Of a stretch of DNA of 64,000 bases, positions 15,001-27,000 are shown in pieces. Location: NCBI GenBank assembly GCA_964016885.1, contig OZ024745.1, positions 46,996,001 to 47,060,000 on the forward strand. Reading direction: 5' to 3'. Position 1 is the first letter of the stretch. Every line of letters begins with the position of its first letter. Under the pieces are notes generated by a model. The model did not search any database and was not told the origin of the DNA. It saw nothing but the letters and a program-made list of their open reading frames with translations. A program made the translations under genes and the position numbers. This DNA comes from Eledone cirrhosa (Eukaryota).

Positions 15001-18000
15001 TGGGTGCCCCGTTTTTTATTTGGGTGCCCCGTTTTTTTATTGGGGGGGTCCGTTTTTTATCTGGGTACCCCGTTTTTTATTTGGGTACCGCGTTTTTTAT
15101 TTGGGTGCCCCGTTTTTTTATGGGGGGGGTCCGTTTTTTATCTGGGTACCCCGTTTTTTATTTGGGTACCGCGTTTTTTATTTGGGTGCCCCGTTTTTTT
15201 ATGGGGGGGGTCCGTTTTTTATTTGGGTGCCCCGTTTTTTTATGGGGGGCGTCCGTTTTTTATTTGGGTGCCCCGTTTTTTTATGGGGGGGATCCGTTTT
15301 TTATTTGGGTGCCCCGTTTTATATTTGGGTGCCCCGTTTTTTATTTGGGTGTCCCGTTTTTTTATGGGGGGGGTCCGTTTTTTATTTGGGTGCCCCGTTT
15401 TTTTATGGGGGGGTCCGTTTTTTATTTGGGTACCCCGTTTTTTATTTGGGTGCCCCGTTTTTTTATGGGGGGGTCCGTTTTTTATTTGGGTACCCCGTTT
15501 TTTATTTGGGTGCCCCGTTTTTTTATGGGGGGGATCCGTTTTTTATTTGGGTGCCCCGTTTTTTATTTGGGTGCCCCGTTTTTTTAGGGGGGGGTCCGTT
15601 TTTTATTTGGGTGCCCCGTTTTTTTATGGGGGGGGCCGTTTTTTATTTGGGTGCCCCGTTTTTTATTTGGGTGCCCCGTTTTTTTATGGGGGGGATCCGT
15701 TTTTTATTTGGGTGCCCCGTTTTATATTTGGGTGCCCCGTTTTTTATTTGGGTGCCCCGTTTTTTTATTGGGGGGGTCCGTTTTTTATCTGGGTACCCCG
15801 TTTTTTATTTGGGTACCGCGTTTTTTATTTGGGTGCCCCGTTTTTTTATTGGGGGGGTCCGTTTTTTATTTGGGTGCCCCGTTTTTTTATGGGGGGGGTC
15901 CGTTTTTTATTTGGGTGCCCCGTTTTTTTATGGGGGGGATCCGTTTTTTATTTGGGTGCCCCGTTTTATATTTGGGTGCCCCGTTTTTTATTTGGGTGCC
16001 CCGTTTTTTTATGGGGGGGTCCGTTTTTTATCTGGGTACCCCGTTTTTTATTTGGGTACCCCGTTTTTTATTTGGGTGCCCCGTTTTTTTATGGGGGGGG
16101 TCCGTTTTTTATTTGGGTGCCCCGTTTTTTATTTGGGTGTCCCGTTTTTTTATGGGGGGTCCCGTTTTTTATTTGGGTGCCCCGTTTTTTTATGGGGGGG
16201 GTCCGTTTTTTATTTCGGTGCCCCGTTTTTTTATGGGGGGGTCCGTTTTTTATTTGGGTGCCCCGTTTTTTAATGGGGGGGATCCGTTTTTTATTTGGGT
16301 GCCCCGTTTTTTATTTGGGTGCCCCGTTTTTTTATGGGGGGGTCCGTTTTTTATTTGGGTGACCCGTTTTTTTATGGGGGGGTCCGTTTTTTATTTGGGT
16401 GCCCCGTTTTTTTATGGGGGGGGTCCCGTTTTTTATTTGGGTGCCCCGTTTTTTTATGGGGGGGTCCGTTTTTTATTTGGGTACCCCGTATTTTATTTGG
16501 GTGCCCCGTTTTTTTATGGGGGGGGGTCCGTTTTTTATTTGGGTGCCCCGTTTTTTTATGGGGGGGGTCCGTTTTTTATTTGGGTGCCCCGTTTTTTTAT
16601 GGGGGGGGGTCCGTTTTTTATTTGGGTGCCCCGTTTTTTTATGGGGGGGTCCCGTTTTTTATTTGGGTGCTCCGTTTTTTTATGGGGGGGTCCGTTTTTT
16701 ATTTGGGTACCCCGTTTTTTATTTGGGTGCCCCGTTTTTTTATGGGGGGGGTCCGTTTTTTATTTGGGTGCCCCGTTTTTTTATGGGGGGGTCCGTTTTT
16801 TATTTGGGTGCCCCGTTTTTTTATGGGGGGGTACCGTTTTTTATTTGGGTGCCCCGTTTTTTTATGGGGGGGGGTCCGTTTTTTATTTGGGTACCCCGTT
16901 TTTTATTTGGGTGCCCCGTTTTTTATTTGGGTGCCCCGTTTTTTTATGGGGGGGTCCGTTTTTTATCTGGGTACCCCGTTTTTTATTTGGGTACCCCGTT
17001 TTTTATTTGGGTGCCCCGTTTTTTTATGGGGGGGGTCCGTTTTTTATTTGGGTGCCCCGTTTTTTATTTGGGTGTCCCGTTTTTTTATGGGGGGTCCCGT
17101 TTTTTATTTGGGTGCCCCGTTTTTTTATGGGGGGGGGTCCGTTTTTTATTTCGGTGCCCCGTTTTTTTATGGGGGGGTCCGTTTTTTATTTGGGTGCCCC
17201 GTTTTTTAATGGGGGGGATCCGTTTTTTATTTGGGTGCCCCGTTTTTTATTTGGGTGCCCCGTTTTTTTATGGGGGGGTCCGTTTTTTATTTGGGTGACC
17301 CGTTTTTTTATGGGGGGGTCCGTTTTTTATTTGGGTGCCCCGTTTTTTTATGGGGGGGGTCCCGTTTTTTATTTGGGTGCCCCGTTTTTTTATGGGGGGG
17401 TCCGTTTTTTATTTGGGTACCCCGTATTTTATTTGGGTGCCCCGTTTTTTTATGGGGGGGGTCCGTTTTTTATTTGGGTGCCCCGTTTTTTTATGGGGGG
17501 GGGGCCGTTTTTTATTTGGGTGCCCCGTTTTTTTATGGGGGGGGGGGTCCGTTTTTTATTTGGGTGCCCCGTTTTTTTATGGGGGGGTCCCGTTTTTTAT
17601 TTGGGTGCTCCGTTTTTTTATGGGGGGGTCCGTTTTTTATTTGGGTACCCCGTTTTTTATTTGGGTGCCCCGTTTTTTTATGGGGGGGGTCCGTTTTTTA
17701 TTTGGGTGCCCCGTTTTTTTATGGGGGGGGGGCCGTTTTTTATTTGGGTGCCCCGTTTTTTTATGGGGGGGGGGGTCCGTTTTTTATTTGGGTGCCCCGT
17801 TTTTTTATGGGGGGGTCCCGTTTTTTATTTGGGTGCTCCGTTTTTTTATGGGGGGGTCCGTTTTTTATTTGGGTACCCCGTTTTTTATTTGGGTGCCCCG
17901 TTTTTTTATGGGGGGGGTCCGTTTTTTATTTGGGTGCCCCGTTTTTTTATGGGGGGGTCCGTTTTTTATTTGGGTGCCCCGTTTTTTTATGGGGGGGTCC

Positions 18001-21000
18001 CGTTTTTTATTTGGGTGCCCCGTTTTTTTATGGGGGGGGTCCGTTTTTTATTTGGGTACCCCGTTTTTTATTTGGGTGCCCCGTTTTTTTATGGGGCGGT
18101 CCGTTTTTTATTTGGGTGCCCCGTTTTTTTATGGGGGGGTCCGTTTTTTATCTGGGTGCCCCGTTTTTTATTTGGGTGCCCCGTTTTTTTATGGGGGGGT
18201 CCGTTTTTTATTTGGGTGCCCCGTTTTTTTATGGGGGGGTCCGTTTTTTATTTGGGTACCCCGTTTTTTATTTGGGTGCCCCGTTTTTTTATGGGGGGGG
18301 GTCCGTTTTTTATTTGGGTGCCCCGTTTTTTTATGGGGGGGTCCGTTTTTTATCTGGGTACCCCGTTTTTTATTTGGGTACCCCGTTTTTTATTTGGGTG
18401 CCCCGTTTTTTTATGGGGGGGGGGTCCGTTTTTTATTTGGGTACCCCGTTTTTTATTTGGGTGCCCCGTTTTTTTATGGGGGGGATCCGTTTTTTATTTG
18501 GGTGCCCCGTTTTATATTTGGGTGCCCCGTTTTTTATTTGGGTGTCCCGTTTTTTTATGGGGGGGTCCCGTTTTTTATTTGGGTGCCCCGTTTTTTTAGG
18601 GGGGGGTCCGTTTTTTATTTGGGTACCCCGTTTTTTATTTGGGTGCCCCGTTTTTTTATGGGGGGGGGACCGTTTTTTATTTGGGTGCCCCGTTTTTTTA
18701 TGGGGGGGGTCCGTTTTTTATTTGGGTGCACCGTTTTTTATTTGGGTACCCCGTTTTTTATTTGGGTGCCCCGTTTTTTATTTGGGTGCCCCGTTTTTTT
18801 ATGGGGGGGGTCCGTTTTTTATTTGGGTGCCCCGTTTTTTATTTGGGTACCCCGTTTTTTATTTGGGTGCCCCGTTTTTTTATGGGGGGGGTCCGTTTTT
18901 TATTTGGGTGCCCCGTTTTTTTATGGGGGGGTCCCGTTTTTTATTTGGGTGCCCCGTTTTTTTATGGGGGGGGGTCCGTTTTTTATTTGAGCACCCCGTT
19001 TTTTAGTTGGGTGCCCCGTTTTTTATTTGGGTGCCCCGTTTTTTTATGGGTGGGGCCGTTTTTTATTTGGGTGCCCCGTTTTTTTATGGGGGGGTCCGTT
19101 TTTTATTTGGGTACCCCGTTTTTTATTTGGGTGCCCCGTTTTATATTTGGGTGCCCCGTTTTTTATTTGGGTGCCCCGTTTTTTTATGGGGGGGGTCCGT
19201 TTTTTATCTGGGTACCCCGTTTTTTATTTGGGTACCCCGTTTTTTATTTGGGTGCCTCGTTTTTTTATGGGGGGGGTCCGTTTTTTATTTGGGTGCCCCG
19301 TTTTTTATTTGGGTGCCCCGTTTTTTATTTGGGTGCCCCGTTTTTTTATGGGGGGGGCCGTTTTTTATTTGGGTACCCCGTTTTTTATTTGGGTGCCCCG
19401 TTTTTTTATGGGGGGGTCCGTTTTTTATTTGGGTGCCCCGTTTTTTTATGAGGGGGTCCGTTTTTTATCTGGGTACCCCGTTTTTTATTTGGGTACCCCG
19501 TTTTTTATTTGGGTGCCCCGTTTTTTTATGGGGGGGGTCCGTTTTTTATTTGGGTGCCCCGTTTTTTATTTCGGTGCCCCGTTTTTTTATGGGGGGGGGC
19601 GTTTTTTATTTCGGTGCCCCGTTTTTTTTATGGGGGGGGTCCGTTTTTTATTTGGGTACCCCGTTTTTTATTTGGGTGCCCCGTTTTTTTATGGGGGGGG
19701 TCCGTTTTTTATTTGGGTGCCCCGTTTTTTATTTGGGTGCCCCGTTTTTTATTTGGGTGCCCCGTTTTTTTATGGGGGGGATCCGTTTTTTATTTGGGTG
19801 CCCCGTTTTATATTTGGGTGCCCCGTTTTTTATTTGGGTGCCCCGTTTTTTTATGGGGGGGTCCGTTTTTTATCTGGGTACCCCGTTTTTTATTTGGGTA
19901 CCCCGTTTTTTATTTGGGTGCCCCGTTTTTTTATGGGGGGGGGTCCGTTTTTTATTTGGGTGCCCCGTTTTTTTTATGGGGGGGTCCGTTTTTTATTTGG
20001 GGACCCCGTTTTTTATTTGGGTGCCCCGTTTTTTATGGGGGGGGTCCGTTTTTTATTTGGGTGCCCCGTTTTTTTATGGGGGGGGTCCGTTATTTATTTG
20101 GGTGCCCCGTTTTTTTATAGGGGGGTCCCGTTTTTTATTTGGGTGCCCCGTTTTTTTATGGGGGGGTCCGTTTTTTATTTGGGTACCCCGTTTTTTATTT
20201 GGGTGCCCCGTTTTTTTATGGGGGGGGTCCGTTTTTTATTTGGGTGCCCCGTTTTTTTATGGGGGGGTCCGTTTTTTATTTGGGTGCCCCGTTTTTTTAT
20301 GGGGGGTCCCGTTTTTTATTTGGGTGCCCCGTTTTTTTATGGGGGGGGTCCGTTTTTTATTTGGGTACCCCGTTTTTTATTTGGGTGCCTCGTTTTTTTA
20401 TGGGGGGAACCGTTTTTTATTTGGGTGCCCCGTTTTTTATTTGGGTGTCCCGTTTTTTTATGGGGGGGTCCGTTTTTTATTTGGGTGCCCCGTTTTTTTA
20501 TGGGGGGGGTCCGTTTTTTATTTGGGTACCCCGTTTTTTATTTGGGTGCTGCGTTTTTTTATGGGGGGGTTCCGTTTTTTTATGGGGGGGTCCCGTTTTT
20601 TATTTGGGTGCTCCGTTTTTTTATGGGGGGGTCCGTTTTTTATTTGGGTACCCCGTTTTTTATTTGGGTGCCCCGTTTTTTTATGGGGGGGTCCCGTTTT
20701 TTATTTGGGTGCCCCGTTTTTTTATGGGGGGGGTCCGTTTTTTATTTGGGTGCCCCGTTTTTTTATGGGGGGGTCCCGTTTTTTATTTGGGTGCCCCGTT
20801 TTTTTATGGGGGGGGGTCCGTTTTTTATTTGAGCACCCCGTTTTTTAGTTGGGTGCCCCGTTTTTTATTTGGGTGCCCCGTTTTTTTATGGGTGGGGCCG
20901 TTTTTTATTTGGGTGCCCCGTTTTTTTATGGGGGGGTCCGTTTTTTATTTGGGTACCCCGTTTTTTATTTGGGTGCCCCGTTTTATATTTGGGTGCCCCG

Positions 21001-24000
21001 TTTTTTATTTGGGTGCCCCGTTTTTTTATGGGGGGGGGGTCCGTTTTTTATCTGGGTACCCCGTTTTTTATTTGGGTACCCCGTTTTTTATTTGGGTGCC
21101 TCGTTTTTTTATGGGGGGGGTCCGTTTTTTATTTGGGTGCCCCGTTTTTTATTTGGGTGCCCCGTTTTTTATTTGGGTGCCCCGTTTTTTTATGGGGGGG
21201 GCCGTTTTTTATTTGGGTACCCCGTTTTTTATTTGGGTGCCCCGTTTTTTTATGGGGGGGTCCGTTTTTTATTTGGGTGCCCCGTTTTTTTATGAGGGGG
21301 TCCGTTTTTTATCTGGGTACCCCGTTTTTTATTTGGGTACCCCGTTTTTTATTTGGGTGCCCCGTTGTTTTATGGGGGGGGTCCGTTTTTTATTTGGGTG
21401 CCCCGTTTTTTATTTCGGTGCCCCGTTTTTTTATGGGGGGGGGGCGTTTTTTATTTCGGTGCCCCGTTTTTTTATGGGGGGGGTCCGTTTTTTATTTGGG
21501 TACCCCGTTTTTTATTTGGGTGCCCCGTTTTTTTATGGGGGGGGTCCGTTTTTTATTTGGGTGCCCCGTTTTTTATTTGGGTGCCCCGTTTTTTTATGGG
21601 GGGGATCCGTTTTTTATTTGGGTGCCCCGTTTTATATTTGGGTGCCCCGTTTTTTATTTGGGTGCCCCGTTTTTTTATGGGGGGGTCCGTTTTTTATCTG
21701 GGTACCCCGTTTTTTATTTGGGTACCCCGTTTTTTATTTGGGTGCCCCGTTTTTTTATGGGGGGGGGTCCGTTTTTTATTTGGGTGCCCCGTTTTTTTTA
21801 TGGGGGGGGTCCGTTTTTTATTTGGGGACCCCGTTTTTTATTTGGGTGCCCCGTTTTTTTATGGGGGGGGTCCGTTTTTTATTTGGGTGCCCCGTTTTTT
21901 TATGGGGGGGGTCCGTTATTTATTTGGGTGCCCCGTTTTTTTATAGGGGGGTCCCGTTTTTTATTTGGGTGTCCCGTTTTTTTATGGGGGGGTCCGTTTT
22001 TTATTTGGGTACCCCGTTTTTTATTTGGGTGCCCCGTTTTTTTATGGGGGGGTCCGTTTTTTATTTGGGTGCCCCGTTTTTTTATGGGGGGTCCCGTTTT
22101 TTATTTGGGTGCCCCGTTTTTTTATGGGGGGGTCCGTTTTTTATTTGGGTACCCCGTTTTTTATTTGGGTGCCTCGTTTTTTTATGGGGGGAACCGTTTT
22201 TTATTTGGGTGCCCCGTTTTTTATTTGGGTGTCCCGTTTTTTTATGGGGGGGTCCGTTTTTTATTTGGGTGCCCCGTTTTTTTATGGGGGGGGTCCGTTT
22301 TTTATTTGGGTACCCCGTTTTTTATTTGGGTGCTGCGTTTTTTTATGGGGGGGTTCCGTTTTTTTATGGGGGGGTCCCGTTTTTTATTTGGGTGCTCCGT
22401 TTTTTTATGGGGGGGTCCGTTTTTTATTTGGGTACCCCGTTTTTTATTTGGGTGCCCCGTTTTTTTATGGGGGGGGTCCGTTTTTTATTTGGGTGCCCCG
22501 TTTTTTTATGGGGGGGTCCGTTTTTTATTTGGGTGCCCCGTTTTTTTATGGGGGGGTCCCGTTTTTTATTTGGGTGCCCCGTTTTTTTATGGGGGGGGGT
22601 CCGTTTTTTATTTGGGTACCCCGTTTTTTATTTGGGTGCCCCGTTTTTTTATGGGGCGGTCCGTTTTTTATTTGGGTGCCCCGTTTTTTTATGGGGGGGT
22701 CCGTTTTTTATTTGGGTACCCCGTTTTTTATTTGGGTGCCCCGTTTTTTTATGGGGGGGGGGTCCGTTTTTTATCTGGGTACCCCGTTTTTTATTTGGGT
22801 ACCCCGTTTTTTATTTGGGTGCCCCGTTTTTTTATGGGGGGGGTCCGTTTTTTATTTGGGTACCCCGTTTTTTATTTGGGTGCCCCGTTTTTTTATGGGG
22901 GGGATCCGTTTTTTATTTGGGTGCCCCGTTTTATATTTGGGTGCCCCGTTTTTTATTTGGGTGTCCCGTTTTTTTATGGGGGGGTCCCGTTTTTTATTTG
23001 GGTGCCCCGTTTTTTTAGGGGGGGGGGTCCGTTTTTTATTTGGGTACCCCGTTTTTTATTTGGGTGCCCCGTTTTTTAATGGGGGGGACCGTTTTTTATT
23101 TGGGTGCCCCGTTTTTTTATGGGGGGGGTCCGTTTTTTATTTGGGTGCACCGTTTTTTATTTGGGTACCCCGTTTTTTATTTGGGTGCCCCGTTTTTTAT
23201 TTGGGTGCCCCGTTTTTTTATGGGGGGGGTCCGTTTTTTATTTGGGTGCCCCGTTTTTTATTTGGGTACCCCGTTTTTTATTTGGGTGCCCCGTTTTTTT
23301 ATGGGGGGGGTCCGTTTTTTATTTGGGTGCCCCGTTTTTTTATGGGGGGGTCCCGTTTTTTATTTGGGTGCCCCGTTTTTTTATGGGGGGGGGTCCGTTT
23401 TTTATTTGAGCACCCCGTTTTTTAGTTGGGTGCCCCGTTTTTTATTTGGGTGCCCCGTTTTTTTATGGGTGGGGCCGTTTTTTATTTGGGTGCCCCGTTT
23501 TTTTATGGGGGGGTCCGTTTTTTATTTGGGTACCCCGTTTTTTATTTGGGTGCCCCGTTTTATATTTGGGTGCCCCGTTTTTTATTTGGGTGCCCCGTTT
23601 TTTTATGGGGGGGGTCCGTTTTTTATCTGGGTACCCCGTTTTTTATTTGGGTACCCCGTTTTTTATTTGGGTGCCTCGTTTTTTTATGGGGGGGTCCGTT
23701 TTTTATTTGGGTGCCCCGTTTTTTATTTGGGTGCCCCGTTTTTTATTTGGGTGCCCCGTTTTTTTATGGGGGGGGCCGTTTTTTATTTGGGTACCCCGTT
23801 TTTTATTTGGGTGCCCCGTTTTTTTATGGGGGGGTCCGTTTTTTATTTGGGTGCCCCGTTTTTTTATGAGGGGGTCCGTTTTTTATCTGGGTACCCCGTT
23901 TTTTATTTGGGTACCCCGTTTTTTATTTGGGTGCCCCGTTTTTTTATGGGGGGGGTCCGTTTTTTATTTGGGTGCCCCGTTTTTTATTTGGGTGCCCCGT

Positions 24001-27000
24001 TTTTTTATGGGGGGGGCGTTTTTTATTTCGGTGCCCCGTTTTTTTATGGGGGGGTCCGTTTTTTATTTGGGTACCCCGTTTTTTATTTGGGTGCCCCGTT
24101 TTTTTATGGGGGGGGTCCGTTTTTTATTTGGGTGCCCCGTTTTTTATTTGGGTGCCCCGTTTTTTTATGGGGGGGGATCCGTTTTTTATTTGGGTGCCCC
24201 GTTTTATATTTGGGTGCCCCGTTTTTTATTTGGGTGCCCCGTTTTTTTATGGGGGGGTCCGTTTTTTATCTGGGTACCCCGTTTTTTATTTGGGTACCCC
24301 GTTTTTTATTTGGGTGCCCCGTTTTTTTATGGGGGGGGTCCGTTTTTTATTTGGGTGCCCCGTTTTTTTATGGGGGGGGTCCGTTATTTATTTGGGGACC
24401 CCGTTTTTTATTTGGGTGCCCCGTTTTTTTATGGGGGGGGTCCGTTTTTTATTTGGGTGCCCCGTTTTTTTATGGGGGGGGTCCGTTATTTATTTGGGTG
24501 CCCCGTTTTTTTATAGGGGGGTCCCGTTTTTTATTTGGGTGCCCCGTTTTTTTATGGGGGGGTCCGTTTTTTATTTGGGTACCCCGTTTTTTATTTGGGT
24601 GCCCCGTTTTTTTATGGGGGGGGTCCGTTTTTTATTTGGGTGCCCCGTTTTTTTATGGGGGGGTCCGTTTTTTATTTGGGTGCCCCGTTTTTTTATGGGG
24701 GGTCCCGTTTTTTATTTGGGTGCCCCGTTTTTTTATGGGGGGGGTCCGTTTTTTATTTGGGTACCCCGTTTTTTATTTGGGTGCCCCGTTTTTTATTTCG
24801 GTGCCCCGTTTTTTTATGGGGGGGGTCCGTTTTTTATTTGGGTGCCCCGTTTTTTATTTGGGTACCCCGTTTTTTATTTGGGTGCCCCGTTTTTTTATGG
24901 GGGGGGTCCGTTTTTTATTTGGGTGCCCCGTTTTTTTATGGGGGGGTCCCGTTTTTTATTTGGGTGCCCCGTTTTTTTATGGGGGGGGGTCCGTTTTTTA
25001 TTTGAGCACCCCGTTTTTTAGTTGGGTGCCCCGTTTTTTATTTGGGTGCCCCGTTTTTTTATGGGTGGGGCCGTTTTTTATTTGGGTGCCCCGTTTTTTT
25101 ATGGGGGGGTCCGTTTTTTATTTGGGTACCCCGTTTTTTATTTGGGTGCCCCGTTTTATATTTGGGTGCCCCGTTTTTTATTTGGGTGCCCCGTTTTTTT
25201 ATGGGGGGGGTCCGTTTTTTATCTGGGTACCCCGTTTTTTATTTGGGTACCCCGTTTTTTATTTGGGTGCCTCGTTTTTTTATGGGGGGGGTCCGTTTTT
25301 TATTTGGGTGCCCCGTTTTTTATTTGGGTGCCCCGTTTTTTATTTGGGTGCCCCGTTTTTTTATGGGGGGGGCCGTTTTTTATTTGGGTACCCCGTTTTT
25401 TATTTGGGTGCCCCGTTTTTTTATGGGGGGGACCGTTTTTTATTTGGGTGCCCCGTTTTTTTATGGGGGGGGTCCGTTTTTTATTTGGGTGCACCGTTTT
25501 TTATTTGGGTACCCCGTTTTTTATTTGGGTGCCCCGTTTTTTATTTGGGTGCCCCGTTTTTTTATGGGGGGGGTCCGTTTTTTATTTGGGTGCCCCGTTT
25601 TTTATTTGGGTACCCCGTTTTTTATTTGGGTGCCCCGTTTTTTTATGGGGGGGGTCCGTTTTTTATCTGGGTACCCCGTTTTTTATTTGGGTACCCCGTT
25701 TTTTATTTGGGTGCCTCGTTTTTTTATGGGGGGGGTCCGTTTTTTATTTGGGTGCCCCGTTTTTTATTTGGGTGCCCCGTTTTTTATTTGGGTGCCCCGT
25801 TTTTTTATGGGGGGGGCCGTTTTTTATTTGGGTACCCCGTTTTTTATTTGGGTGCCCCGTTTTTTTATGGGGGGGTCCGTTTTTTATTTGGGTGCCCCGT
25901 TTTTTTATGAGGGGGTCCGTTTTTTATCTGGGTACCCCGTTTTTTATTTGGGTACCCCGTTTTTTATTTGGGTGCCCCGTTTTTTTATGGGGGGGGTCCG
26001 TTTTTTATTTGGGTGCCCCGTTTTTTATTTGGGTGCCCCGTTTTTTTATGGGGGGGGGCGTTTTTTATTTCGGTGCCCCGTTTTTTTATGGGGGGGGTCC
26101 GTTTTTTATTTGGGTACCCCGTTTTTTATTTGGGTGCCCCGTTTTTTTATGGGGGGGGTCCGTTTTTTATTTGGGTGCCCCGTTTTTTATTTGGGTGCCC
26201 CGTTTTTTTATGGGGGGGGATCCGTTTTTTATTTGGGTGCCCCGTTTTATATTTGGGTGCCCCGTTTTATATTTGGGTGCCCCGTTTTTTATTTGGGTGT
26301 CCCGTTTTTTTATGGGGGGGTCCCGTTTTTTATTTGGGTGCCCCGTTTTTTTAGGGGGGGGGTCCGTTTTTTATTTGGGTACCCCGTTTTTTATTTGGGT
26401 GCCCCGTTTTTTTATGGGGGGGACCGTTTTTTATTTGGGTGCCCCGTTTTTTTATGGGGGGGGTCCGTTTTTTATTTGGGTGCACCGTTTTTTATTTGGG
26501 TACCCCGTTTTTTATTTGGGTGCCCCGTTTTTTATTTGGGTGCCCCGTTTTTTTATGGGGGGGGTCCGTTTTTTATTTGGGTGCCCCGTTTTTTATTTGG
26601 GTACCCCGTTTTTTATTTGGGTGCCCCGTTTTTTTATGGGGGGGGGCCGTTTTTTATTTGGGTACCCCGTTTTTTATTTGGGTGCCCCGTTTTTTTATGG
26701 GGGGGACCGTTTTTTATTTGGGTGCCCCGTTTTTTTATGGGGGGGGTCCGTTTTTTATTTGGGTGCACCGTTTTTTATTTGGGTACCCCGTTTTTTATTT
26801 GGGTGCCCCGTTTTTTATTTGGGTGCCCCGTTTTTTTATGGGGGGGGTCCGTTTTTTATTTGGGTGCCCCGTTTTTTATTTGGGTACCCCGTTTTTTATT
26901 TGGGTGCCCCGTTTTTTTATGGGGGGGGTCCGTTTTTTATTTGGGTGCCCCGTTTTTTTATGGGGGGGTCCCGTTTTTTATTTGGGTGCCCCGTTTTTTT

